This document shows, in pieces, positions 23,218 to 32,685 of a DNA stretch of 64,000 bases (position 1 is the first letter of the stretch; each line of letters opens with the position of its first letter). The DNA lies in sequence record SRR20825010_4284; one strand, given 5' to 3'. The translations under genes were made by a program, and so were the position numbers. The notes under the pieces were generated by a model. It was not told where the DNA came from. It saw nothing but the letters and a program-made list of their open reading frames with translations, and did not search any database.

Positions 23218-24155
23218 CAGGCCACCTTCTCCGCGACGCGCAGCACCGCACTGCGCGAACGCACATTTACTTTCAATTCCGCTTTACTGGCATGCAGGGC
23301 TTTGCCCACTGGCTCCAGCCGCTGAGGCATTTCATCGCCCAACGGCAAACCGCCACGCCCCTTCGGCGCCCGGCCGGAATGGTCACGAATAAACAATTTC
23401 ACGATCCGGTCTTCCAAAGAATGGAAGCTGATAATGGCGAGACGCCCGCCGATGGCGAGCGTCTCGAGGGACTGTTCCAGCACTTGATCCAGCGCATCCA
23501 GTTCCCCGTTTATATGTATCCGCAACGCCTGAAAGCTGCGCGTGGCCGGATGCTTGCCCTTCTCGTTACGCCCCAGCACGGACTCAATCAAATTGGCCAG
23601 CTGCAAGGTGCGAGTAATCGGCTGCTCTTTGCGGGTTTCGCAAATGCGCTTGGCAATCCAGCGGGACTTTCGCTCCTCGCCGTAGCGATACAGCACATTG
23701 GCGATGTCTTTTTCCGCCGCGTGAGCCAACCACTGCGCCACGCTCTCGCCCTGGGTCGGGTCCATGCGCATATCCAGCGGCCCATCGCGGAGAAAACTGA
23801 AGCCGCGCGCCGCATCGTCCAGCTGTGGCGAGGACACGCCCAGATCCAGCAACAAACCATCAATGGGCCGGCCGGCTTGCTCCACCACTTCTGGCAGACA
23901 ATCAAAACGGTTGGCGACCATATGAAAGCGGCTGTCGCTGGCTGCCAGTTCCTGCCCGGCGGCAATGGCTTGCGGATCACGATCAATGCCGGTCAGGCGA
24001 CCGCTGTCGCCAAGGCGCGCGAGCAAGGCACGGCTATGGCCACCGCGACCAAAGGTGCCGTCCACATAAAAGCCTTCGCTCTGGCTGAACCACATATCCA
24101 GCACCTCTTCCAGCATGACCGGCTGGTGTGCGTACTGCGTGCCTTCGCTCGTCAT
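23217..24155 (-). CDS. rsmH: 16S rRNA (cytosine1402-N4)-methyltransferase
   Basis: DGTFGRGGHS, DLGVSSPQLD, SFHSLEDR. Confidence 0.98.
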   Translation of the reverse strand: MTSEGTQYAHQPVMLEEVLDMWFSQSEGFYVDGTFGRGGHSRALLARLGDSGRLTGIDRDPQAIAAGQELAASDSRFHMVANRFDCLPEVVEQAGRPIDGLLLDLGVSSPQLDDAARGFSFLRDGPLDMRMDPTQGESVAQWLAHAAEKDIANVLYRYGEERKSRWIAKRICETRKEQPITRTLQLANLIESVLGRNEKGKHPATRSFQALRIHINGELDALDQVLEQSLETLAIGGRLAIISFHSLEDRIVKLFIRDHSGRAPKGRGGLPLGDEMPQRLEPVGKALHASKAELKVNVRSRSAVLRVAEKVA

Positions 24156-24595
24156 CAGAACGACAGCTCCTGCACACTTTCCGGCAAGGCTGCCGGATCC
24201 AGGGTGCCATCCACGTCGGACCAGCTTTCCTCTTTCCAGATTTCGAACCGGTGCATCTGACCGATCAGCATGGCGCGTTTTTCCAGGCTGATGGCCGCCC
24301 GCAACTCCGGCGGCACCAGCAGACGGCCATTGCTGTCCATCTCGATTTCAGCAGCCTGACCCAGGAAGCGTCGCTTGAGCTGGCGCACCTGCGGGTTGGA
24401 ATCACGCTGCTCGGACAGCTTCTTGGCGGTATCCATGAATTCGGCACGTGGGTAAAGCGCCAGGCAGTCGTCGAACGGGTGCAACGTGAGCACAAGCTGG
24501 CCGCCGCACGTGTCGATTAACGACGCACGGTACCGGGTCGGCATGGTTAGCCGCCCTTTGGCATCCAGATTGAGTGCTGCGCTCCCAGTAAACAC
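24155..24595 (-). CDS. mraZ: Division/cell wall cluster transcriptional repressor MraZ
   Basis: Two DxxGR motifs (DAKGRL, DSNGRL); first gene of the dcw cluster. Confidence 0.97.
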   Translation of the reverse strand: MFTGSAALNLDAKGRLTMPTRYRASLIDTCGGQLVLTLHPFDDCLALYPRAEFMDTAKKLSEQRDSNPQVRQLKRRFLGQAAEIEMDSNGRLLVPPELRAAISLEKRAMLIGQMHRFEIWKEESWSDVDGTLDPAALPESVQELSF

Positions 24596-24644
24596 TGGCC
24601 GTCCTCTTGCTCTTGGTTATGCGGTTCCTTCCCAGGGCCTTTCG

Positions 24645-24739
24645 TCCCACTTCGTGACACCTGTCACGACGGAATTCCCACTTTTTCCCACTTTTCACCA
24701 CATTGAGACACTCTAGGGCCACTGCAAAGCCCAAGTCAA
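24645..24739 (-). promoter_or_regulatory. dcw promoter with MraZ-binding direct repeats
   Basis: TTGACT (24739-24734), 18 nt spacer, TAGAGT (24715-24710), then GTGGTG/GTGGGA/GTGGGA at 10-nt period and a fourth GTGGGA at 24650-24645. Confidence 0.75.
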
Positions 24740-24951
24740 GCGTGACGACATCGGGAAACGTAAAAGAATTTCCAAATAAATCAGACTGTTAGCAGGCTAT
24801 TTGAGCAGAAAAGAGGGAGCCGGGAAGCGATAAACGGAAGGAGTTCCGTGACGAATCAGAGCGCTGGGACGCGCAGGTGAGAAAGCACTTTAAGTGTTAG
24901 ACAGATTAGTTATTAATATTTTTATTTATATATCACTATTCGCGAAATGCA

Positions 24952-25740
24952 TTACCAATCTGCAGAGGGAAGCCGATAGTTACCGCTATCCAGCAAGTCC
25001 ACGCCGCACTCCAGCTGGGCCAGCCAGTCAAGAAACCGCCCCACATTGTCGCCCTGAAAGTACCCACCATGCTGGGGCACAATCATCCGCGGCGCGAGCT
25101 TGCGCACCATCGCCACCCACAGCCGACAGGCTCGATTGCTGGCCATGTAGCGGCGATGAAACCCCTGCATGCTGTGGCAATGATCCGCAAAGTTATCCAC
25201 GCACCCTTCTTCCCCGCCCAGGCTGGCGCCCACATCGCCGGAAAAAAGGATACCGCTGAGCGGATCATAGAAGCTGAAGTTGCCCACGGAATGCAGAAAA
25301 TGCGCCGGCAACACCCACAGCTCGGTACCGGCAAACGGCAACACCTTGCCTTCGTCGGCGATACCCAGAATCCGCGCCTGCAGTTGCTCCCCCATCTTGC
25401 CGGTGACATAGGACGATGCCAGGTGCGGCAAAAAGCGGGACCACAAACGACTGACCACCACCTGGCAGCGGGTATGCATTAACCAACGCGGCAGCGATGC
25501 GATGATGTCCGGATCCTGGTGGGACGCCAGGATATACTCCAGGCCGTCCAGATTAACGCGACGACTGAGCGCAATGGTCAAAGGGGTGTAGGTCAGGTCG
25601 CCACCGGGGTCGATCAGCGCGGCCCGGTCGTTATGGCGGATACAGAACTGGTTGGCCTGCACGCCCTCGCCCACCACCAGGTCAGCAAAGCGCAGAACCT
25701 CATGGCCATTTTCACTGAAGAGGGTATCCACCTGTGCCAT
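24952..25740 (-). CDS. Metallo-beta-lactamase-fold protein, ODP (oxygen-binding di-iron protein)-like
   Basis: LIDPGG, SHQDPD, PAHFLHS, LFSGD, FHRRYM, PQHG motifs; no flavodoxin domain. Confidence 0.8.
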   Translation of the reverse strand: MAQVDTLFSENGHEVLRFADLVVGEGVQANQFCIRHNDRAALIDPGGDLTYTPLTIALSRRVNLDGLEYILASHQDPDIIASLPRWLMHTRCQVVVSRLWSRFLPHLASSYVTGKMGEQLQARILGIADEGKVLPFAGTELWVLPAHFLHSVGNFSFYDPLSGILFSGDVGASLGGEEGCVDNFADHCHSMQGFHRRYMASNRACRLWVAMVRKLAPRMIVPQHGGYFQGDNVGRFLDWLAQLECGVDLLDSGNYRLPSADW

Positions 25741-25768
25741 GCCGAGCTCCGAACTGCGTGAGCGGGCA

Positions 25769-25809
25769 AGCCTAGCGGCGCACGATTATTGAATCATGAC
25801 CCAGGTCAA
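25769..25809 (-). promoter_or_regulatory. Putative Fnr/Anr-type class II promoter of the ODP-like gene
   Basis: Minus strand TTGAC-CTGG-GTCAT centred at about 25802.5, with TAGGCT -10 at 25774-25769. Confidence 0.55.
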
Positions 25810-25895
25810 CAAGGAGTGCGATTGCGAAAAACAAACAACGAGACACGAAGCCCTTTCAGGTCATCGCACTCGTCGCTTGCGTCGCATATGGAAAA

Positions 25896-26273
25896 AGGTG
25901 GACCGGTCGATAAGCCGGGTTCTGTCGTGGACAGTCATTCATCTCGGGTTTGCGTCGCCACAAACCTCTAGCAACCTACCCGGATCCAGCGCGGGCCACG
26001 CCAACGGATCCCTATTTGGTCTTGCTCCGGGTGGGGTTTACCCTGCCACCACTGTTACCAGCGGCGCGGTGCGCTCTTACCGCACCTTTTCACCCTTACC
26101 GATTCCGACACAAGGAAGGAACAGGCGGTATCTTCTCTGTGGCACTAGCCGTAGCCACACCGTTCCCAGTGTGGCCCCCAGGCGTTACCTGGCACCCTGC
26201 CCTGTGGAGCCCGGACTTTCCTCCAACGGCCATCCTTAAAAAGAATCGCCGCCAGCGACTGCCTGACCGGTCC
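25896..26273 (-). ncRNA. rnpB: RNase P RNA, bacterial class A
   Basis: Minus strand has GAGGAAAGTCCGGGCTCCACAGGGCAGGGTGCCAGGTAACGCCTGGGGG, AAGGGTGAAAAGGTGCGGTAAGAGCGCACCGC and ACAGAACCCGGCTTAT; P1 GGACCGGTC/GACCGGTCC closes the ends. Confidence 0.98.
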
Positions 26274-26280
26274 GGGGCGA

Positions 26281-26310
26281 ATTCTAGTTGAAGCCGTTGA
26301 TAGTTGACAG
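26281..26310 (-). promoter_or_regulatory. Putative sigma70 promoter of rnpB
   Basis: TAGAAT -10 followed by GC-rich TCGCCCC just before the RNA 5' end; candidate -35 CTGTCA lies inside the repeat arm. Confidence 0.55.
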
Positions 26311-26410
26311 CGGAGAGTTGATAGCCAAGAGAAAAAATCGTACCCAAACCCCTCCCGGCAAGCGGTTTCCGGTTTTTCGCTATCAACTGTCAATTATCAA
26401 CTCTCAACTG
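26285..26410. repeat. Inverted pair of NAGTTGA heptamer arrays between rsmI and rnpB
   Basis: Plus arm TAGTTGA ag CCGTTGA TAGTTGA CAGCGGA GAGTTGA TAGC; minus arm CAGTTGA GAGTTGA TAATTGA CAGTTGA TAGC. Confidence 0.8.
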
Positions 26411-27227
26411 ATTGCAGCAGCGCATACAACTCCTGGCGCTTCAACCCGGTATGGACCGCCATGATTTTGGCCACCCGTGACACCGGCAACTCAGCCAGCA
26501 GGCTTTTCGCCAACGCCCTGTCCTTGTCTGTCCACGACGAAGACTGCGCCACCGGCGACAGCACCAGCACCAGCTCACCGCGCCGCTGGTTGCTGTCCGA
26601 GGCCACCCAATCGCAAATCTCATCCACCGGACCGCGCCGAATCGTTTCAAATTGCTTGGTCAGCTCACGGCACAGGGTAATTTCACGATCTTTTTCAACC
26701 AGTGCTTTCAGGGCTTCCAGGAAGGACAGCACCCGGTGAGGCGCCTCATAAATAATACTGGTGACTGAGAGCCCGGCCAGACGCGCAATGGCTTGCTGGC
26801 GCGGCGCGCCCTTGGCAGGCACAAAACCTTCGAACAGGAACCGGTCGGAGGGCTGCCCCGCGGCCGCAAGCGCGGCCAGCAACGCCGACGCCCCCGGAAC
26901 CGGCACTACATTTACCTGAGCCTTCTGACAGGCGCGCACCAGCCTGTAGCCGGGATCACTGACCAACGGCGTCCCGGCATCACTGATCAACGCCCCCTGC
27001 TCACCACTCTGCAAACGTGCCACCAACTCATCACTGCGCTGGCTTTCATTATGGTCATGGCAACTGATCATGCGATTGCGGATACCCAACTGATCAAGCA
27101 TCCGCTGGCTATGCCGGGTATCCTCCGCCGCAATCCAGTCCACTGCCGCCAGTACGTCAATTGCCCGACGGGTAATGTCATCCAAATGACCGATCGGAGT
27201 ACTGACAATAAACAAAGTCCCGCTCAT
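26397..27227 (-). CDS. rsmI: 16S rRNA (cytidine1402-2'-O)-methyltransferase
   Basis: STPIG, AAEDTRH, SDAGTPLVSDPG, RELTKQFE. Confidence 0.97.
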   Translation of the reverse strand: MSGTLFIVSTPIGHLDDITRRAIDVLAAVDWIAAEDTRHSQRMLDQLGIRNRMISCHDHNESQRSDELVARLQSGEQGALISDAGTPLVSDPGYRLVRACQKAQVNVVPVPGASALLAALAAAGQPSDRFLFEGFVPAKGAPRQQAIARLAGLSVTSIIYEAPHRVLSFLEALKALVEKDREITLCRELTKQFETIRRGPVDEICDWVASDSNQRRGELVLVLSPVAQSSSWTDKDRALAKSLLAELPVSRVAKIMAVHTGLKRQELYALLQSVES

Positions 27228-27306
27228 ATTCGTGCACTACTCAAGTGTTAAGACGCCCGGAAAGCGCCTACAATAGCCGCTTCATTCTGGTAATACGAAC
27301 CTCGCC

Positions 27307-29181
27307 ATGGAATTTAGAAAGGCTTATCTGGCAGCATTTCTGGCTGCCGCTGTTGTGGCCGGCTGCTCCACCACTCCTTCATCAAAGACCAAGGTCTATG
27401 AAACGCCCGCCGTTGCCACGCCCCGCGCACCGACAGAGGCGCCCGCTGCGCTTTCTGCCGCCCGCAACCAACTCGCCGGCATGGATGCCGACGAACGCAT
27501 TACCTCAACGCTGTCCTGGGCCTCTACCTATCTGGGCGAAAAACGGGCCGCTGATGCAAACCAATTGCTCGCCGACCTGAACCCCGGACAACTCAGCAGT
27601 GAGCAGCGTTTCACCTGGTTGCTACTCAGTGGCCGCGCCCAGCTCGGCCAACAGCAAGCGGACAAGACCCTGACGCTGCTACAGCAATACCAGGACGAAA
27701 TACTGCAATATCCCGCCGAGCATCAGGCCCAACTGGATCTGTTGCGCGCCGACGCCCTGGCCATGCAAGGCAAACTGCTGGACAGCCTGCAGCAACGCGT
27801 CGCTGCGCACCCGCTACTCAGCGATGATGATCAGGGCTACAACCACAACATGATCTGGCAACTGCTGATGCAGCTGCCCAACACCGATCTGGCCGACGCC
27901 ATTGACGGTAGCAGTGGCGATCTGCGTGGCTGGCTGACCCTGGCCCAACTGTACCGCGATCCCATTGCCGATCTGGATGCCCAGGTGACCCGCCTGAACC
28001 AATGGAGCGCCCAGTGGCGCACCCACCCGGCCATCGACGATGTGCCACAAATGCTGAAAGCGCTGGAAGAAGCCGCCAGCCAGCGCCCCAGCCAGGTCGC
28101 CATCCTGCTGCCAACCACCGGCACACTGCAAACCGCCGGCAAGGCCCTGCAGGAAGGCATTATGACCGCCTTTTACCAGCAGCAGAAAAACGGCCAGCCG
28201 CCGACCCTGCGTTTTTACGACTCCGGTGGCGACGATGTCCTCGCCGTATACCAGCAGGCCGTGGCCGATGGCGCTGATTTCATTCTTGGCCCCCTGGCCA
28301 AGGACAAGGCCGCCACCATTGCCGCCCAAGGCACACTGCCAGTGACTACCCTGGCACTGAACTACATCGACACCGATAACCGCGCCGACAATTTTTTCCA
28401 GTTCGGCCTGGCCCCGGAAGATGAAGCTCGCCAGATCGCCAATCATGGTGCCAGCAGCGGCGCCTTGCAGGCCGGCATCCTCTACCCGGAAGGGGAATGG
28501 GGCGACCGCGTCGCCCAGGCCTTCGTCGATCGCTGGCAGGAACTGGGCGGCTCAGTCACCATCACCCGCACCTACCAGGAAGGGCCCAGCATCGGAGAAA
28601 CCGTCAAGGAAATGCTGCTGGTGGCACAAAGCCAGAAGCGCGGTAATGCGGTCAGCCGTTTCACCAGCCTAAAGATGGATAACCAGCCTCGCCGTCGCCA
28701 AGACATGGATTTCCTGTTCCTGCTCGCCGACCCCAATCAAGGGCGCCAGGTGAAACCGGCCCTGAATTTCCACTACGCAAAAGATTTGCCCGTCTACGCC
28801 ACCTCCTTGATCTACAGTGGTGAAGATCCGCGCCGGAATCAGGACCTGAACGGCATCCGCTTTGTGGATATGCCCTGGATTCTCTCCGACGATAACCAGG
28901 CCCTGCACGACGCCGCCAACGAACAATGGCCGGATGGGCATGGCCGCTACGAGCGCCTGTTTGCCATGGGCATCGACGCCTATCGACTGCAGGGCCGTCT
29001 ATACCTGCTGAATGCCCTGCCTTCCAGCGAGCTCCCCGGCGTGACGGGCCGACTGCATATGGAAAACCAGCGCATCGTTCGCCAGCTTAACTGGGCCGTC
29101 TTTGTAGGCGGCAAGGCTCAGACGCTGCCACAAGTGGCCGAACCAGGCCAGAACAGCCCCCGTGCCATTACTTCGCAGTAA
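27307..29181 (+). CDS. lpoA: Penicillin-binding protein activator LpoA (LppC family lipoprotein)
   Basis: Lipobox VAGC; VAILLP, GPLAK, TLALNY, RLFAMGIDAY, GVTGRL; divergent from rsmI. Confidence 0.9.
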   Translation: MEFRKAYLAAFLAAAVVAGCSTTPSSKTKVYETPAVATPRAPTEAPAALSAARNQLAGMDADERITSTLSWASTYLGEKRAADANQLLADLNPGQLSSEQRFTWLLLSGRAQLGQQQADKTLTLLQQYQDEILQYPAEHQAQLDLLRADALAMQGKLLDSLQQRVAAHPLLSDDDQGYNHNMIWQLLMQLPNTDLADAIDGSSGDLRGWLTLAQLYRDPIADLDAQVTRLNQWSAQWRTHPAIDDVPQMLKALEEAASQRPSQVAILLPTTGTLQTAGKALQEGIMTAFYQQQKNGQPPTLRFYDSGGDDVLAVYQQAVADGADFILGPLAKDKAATIAAQGTLPVTTLALNYIDTDNRADNFFQFGLAPEDEARQIANHGASSGALQAGILYPEGEWGDRVAQAFVDRWQELGGSVTITRTYQEGPSIGETVKEMLLVAQSQKRGNAVSRFTSLKMDNQPRRRQDMDFLFLLADPNQGRQVKPALNFHYAKDLPVYATSLIYSGEDPRRNQDLNGIRFVDMPWILSDDNQALHDAANEQWPDGHGRYERLFAMGIDAYRLQGRLYLLNALPSSELPGVTGRLHMENQRIVRQLNWAVFVGGKAQTLPQVAEPGQNSPRAITSQ

Positions 29182-29539
29182 ACAAGACACCGGCCGCGAC
29201 GCGGAAAAACGTGCCGCGAAATGGCTGGTTGAACAGGGGCTGACCGTTGTGGAGCGCAATTTCCACTGCCGTCAGGGGGAAATTGATCTGATCCTGCTGG
29301 ATCAGGACACCCTAGTCTTCACCGAAGTGCGCTGGCGCAAACACCAGAGCCATGGTGGCGCGCTCGCCTCGGTGGATCAGCATAAACAACGGCGACTGAT
29401 CAACGCGGCCCAGCACTTTCTGGCCCGCCACCCGGAACATCACCACCGGCCCTGCCGCTTCGATGTACTGGGCATGGAACCGGACAGCCAGCAGGCTGTC
29501 CTTTACCAATGGATACAAAACGCCTTTTATAGCGAATAA
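29162..29539 (+). CDS. yraN: YraN family (UPF0102) putative endonuclease
   Basis: ERNFHCRQGEIDLI, LVFTEVRWR, CRFDV. Confidence 0.93.
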   Translation: MPLLRSKQDTGRDAEKRAAKWLVEQGLTVVERNFHCRQGEIDLILLDQDTLVFTEVRWRKHQSHGGALASVDQHKQRRLINAAQHFLARHPEHHHRPCRFDVLGMEPDSQQAVLYQWIQNAFYSE

Positions 29540-29566
29540 GCTACACAGCAGAATGTGAAAGATTGA

Positions 29567-30195
<629 letters not shown>

Positions 30196-30196
<1 letters not shown>

Positions 30197-30774
30197 TGGT
30201 CGCACGCTTCATCCGTTTATCCGTCCTTGCCCTGCTGCTGTCGCTGACGGCCGGATGCGCCTCTCTGTCCAAGGGCATGTCCGACCAGCCCACTGACCAG
30301 GATCACGGTTCTCGGACTTTTGGTGCCTTCGTTGAAGATGGCAACATCGAGCGAAAAGTCGCCGTCAACCTGTCGCGCGCCAGCGCCGAGCTGGACGAGT
30401 CCCGTATCGTGGTGGTCAGTTACAACGGCAACGTCTTGCTTGCCGGCCAGGTGGCCAGCGAAGACCTCAGCACCCAAGCGGAAAATATCGCCAGCCAGGT
30501 ACGCCATGTGCGCAACGTGCACAACGAACTACAGGTCGTGGGCTCCGGCTCCTTCCTGGCGCGCACCAATGACACCTGGCTCACCAGCAAGGTCAAAAGC
30601 CGCCTGCTGATCAACGGCGACGCGCCGGGCTGGCGCACCAAGGTGGTTACGGAAAACGGCGTGGTCTACCTGATGGGCCTGCTCACCCATGCCGAAGCCG
30701 ACGCAGTGGTCGCTCAGGTACAGAAGGTGTATGGCGTACAGAAGATCGTGAAGATCATTGAATATATAGATTAG
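30196..30774 (+). CDS. dolP: BON-domain lipoprotein DolP (YraP)
   Basis: Lipobox TAGC; two BON domains (VLLAGQV, DTWLTSKVKS, VVYLMG). Confidence 0.88.
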
Positions 30775-30882
30775 GCGCTGCGCGTCGGCAACACGGCCGA
30801 CGCCTCACGCAGGCCCCACGAAAAACAAAAAGCCCGCTCAATGAGCGGGCTTTTGCGTGTTGCATGCAGCGTGCTGCGTCTC
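30775..30882. repeat. NNCACGC heptamer arms on both sides of the dolP/sspB terminator
   Basis: Plus arm AACACGG CCGACGC CTCACGC; minus arm GAGACGC AGCACGC TGCATGC AACACGC. Confidence 0.68.
30827..30854. terminator. Bidirectional Rho-independent terminator
   Basis: AAAAAGCCCGCTCA-A-TGAGCGGGCTTTT between convergent genes. Confidence 0.85.
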
Positions 30883-30888
30883 ACTTTC

Positions 30889-31293
30889 TCACTTCACCAC
30901 CTTAAGGTGACTGACCTTGCCTTTGCCTTCCTCTTTCTTCTCAGGTTCCGGGGTAGTAGTCGGTGGCTCAGGCGGGTCCACCGGATCAAACGCCATACCT
31001 TGCCCGTTCTCACGAGCAAAGATCGCCACCACCGCATTCACCGGCACCCGGATCGTCATGGGCATGCCACCAAAGCGGGCAGAGAAGGCAATTTCCTCGT
31101 TATCCGCCACAAACTGGGTGACGGCGCGCGGCGCAATGTTCAGCACGATCTGGCCGTCCTGCACAAAGTCCTGCGGCACTTCCACACCCGGGAAACTGGC
31201 ATTTACCGCCAAATGGGTGGTCAGTCCGTTATCGCAGATCCATTCGTGGATCGCCCGTATCAGATACGGGCGATTGGAGGTCATTTCGGACAT
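30889..31293 (-). CDS. sspB: ClpXP specificity-enhancing factor SspB
   Basis: RPYLIRAIHEWICDN, IFARENGQGM, C-terminal HLKVVK. Confidence 0.97.
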   Translation of the reverse strand: MSEMTSNRPYLIRAIHEWICDNGLTTHLAVNASFPGVEVPQDFVQDGQIVLNIAPRAVTQFVADNEEIAFSARFGGMPMTIRVPVNAVVAIFARENGQGMAFDPVDPPEPPTTTPEPEKKEEGKGKVSHLKVVK

Positions 31294-31295
31294 GA

Positions 31296-31934
31296 TTACA
31301 GCGGGTTACGCAGTTCGCGCTCGGCGTCCGTCAGGCTGGCCTGGAACGCATCACGATCAAACAGCCGCTCGGCGTAGTCCAGCAGCGGTTTCACCTGCTT
31401 GGCTGGCAGCTCAATCCCCAGAGCCGGCAAGCGCCACAGGATCGGCGCCACCACGCAATCCACCAGAGTGAACTCTTCACTCATGAAGTACGGCAGCTCG
31501 CTGAAGATCGGCGCGGTGGCAATGATCGCCTCACGCAGCTCCTTGCGGCGCTTGTTCAGGCTGGCTTCTTTCTCTTCACCGGCCAGAATCGCATCAACAT
31601 GGCCACACCAGTCACGCTCCACGCGGTGAATCAGCAGGCGACTCTGGGCACGCGCCACCGGGTAAACCGGCAACAACGGCGGATGCGGGAAACGCTCATC
31701 CAGATACTCCATGATCACCGTGGACTGAAACAAGGTCAGCTCACGATCAACCAGCGTGGGCACTTCGTTGTACGGGTTTAGCGAGGCCAGATCTTCCGGC
31801 TTGTTGCTGCTATCCACATCAACGATATCGACCGTGACCCCTTTTTCTGCCAGCACGATACGCACGCGATGGCTGTAATGATCTTCCGGGGAAGAAAAGA
31901 AAGTCATTGAAGAACGCTTGGTCACCACACCCAT
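31296..31934 (-). CDS. sspA: Stringent starvation protein A (GST-like)
   Basis: [29 protein letters not shown]. Confidence 0.97.
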   Translation of the reverse strand: MGVVTKRSSMTFFSSPEDHYSHRVRIVLAEKGVTVDIVDVDSSNKPEDLASLNPYNEVPTLVDRELTLFQSTVIMEYLDERFPHPPLLPVYPVARAQSRLLIHRVERDWCGHVDAILAGEEKEASLNKRRKELREAIIATAPIFSELPYFMSEEFTLVDCVVAPILWRLPALGIELPAKQVKPLLDYAERLFDRDAFQASLTDAERELRNPL

Positions 31935-31970
31935 TGTCGAGTCATCTCCGCACTAGTGATCTATAACAGA

Positions 31971-32002
31971 AACAGGGTAACCGCTTACGCGGATACCCTG
32001 TT
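31971..32002 (-). terminator. Hairpin / possible terminator after petC
   Basis: AACAGGGTA...TACCCTGTT inverted repeat; weak U tract. Confidence 0.5.
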
Positions 32003-32028
32003 CAACGCTGGAATCCTACACTGAAGGA

Positions 32029-32685
32029 TCAGTGTACGTCTTTCCAGTATTCCTTTTTGAGCAGGTAAGCCGGGATCAACAGGATACCCAGGAAGACCAG
32101 CACATAAACCCCCAGACGTTCACGCTGCGGGCGAATCGGCTCCGCGGTGTAGGTCAGGAAGTTAGTGAGATCACCCATGGCCTGCTTGAACTCGTCTTCG
32201 CCCAACTCTTCTTCCAGGCCCGCCATCACGTGGGGCATCCCCACGCTCGGGAACACATGGTTGTTGTAACCGAACGGACGGGACTCATCTTCGTAGAAGT
32301 TGGTCAGGTACGAATACACCCAGTCGGAAGAACGGTACCGGGTCACCATGGTGAGATCCGGCGGCGCATTACCAAACCACTTCTTCGCGTCATCTTGGTC
32401 CATGGCGTTATGCATCTGGTCACCGAACTTGTCACTGACGAAGTTCAGGTTCTCCATCACCAGCTCTTCCGGCATTTCCAGATCTTCCGCCATGCGGCTG
32501 TAGCGCTGGTACTGCAGAGTATGACAACCCAGACAGTAGTTCACGAACAGCTTGGCACCGTTTTGCAGGCCAACCTTGTCTTGCAGGTTTACCGGCGCTT
32601 TAACCACGTACTCGTTGTGGCCACCGCCAGCCGCAAACGCGACCAACGGCAGGCAGCTGAAAAGAATAACCGCTAGTTTCTTCAT
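32029..32685 (-). CDS. petC: Cytochrome c1 of the bc1 complex
   Basis: Signal peptide, CLGCH haem motif, PPDL, MPHV, C-terminal TM and EYWKDVH. Confidence 0.96.
   Translation of the reverse strand: MKKLAVILFSCLPLVAFAAGGGHNEYVVKAPVNLQDKVGLQNGAKLFVNYCLGCHTLQYQRYSRMAEDLEMPEELVMENLNFVSDKFGDQMHNAMDQDDAKKWFGNAPPDLTMVTRYRSSDWVYSYLTNFYEDESRPFGYNNHVFPSVGMPHVMAGLEEELGEDEFKQAMGDLTNFLTYTAEPIRPQRERLGVYVLVFLGILLIPAYLLKKEYWKDVH

Noticed and set aside
25789-26393. Several short ORFs between the ODP-like gene and rsmI
   Set aside because: They overlap the RNase P RNA gene and the repeat arms.
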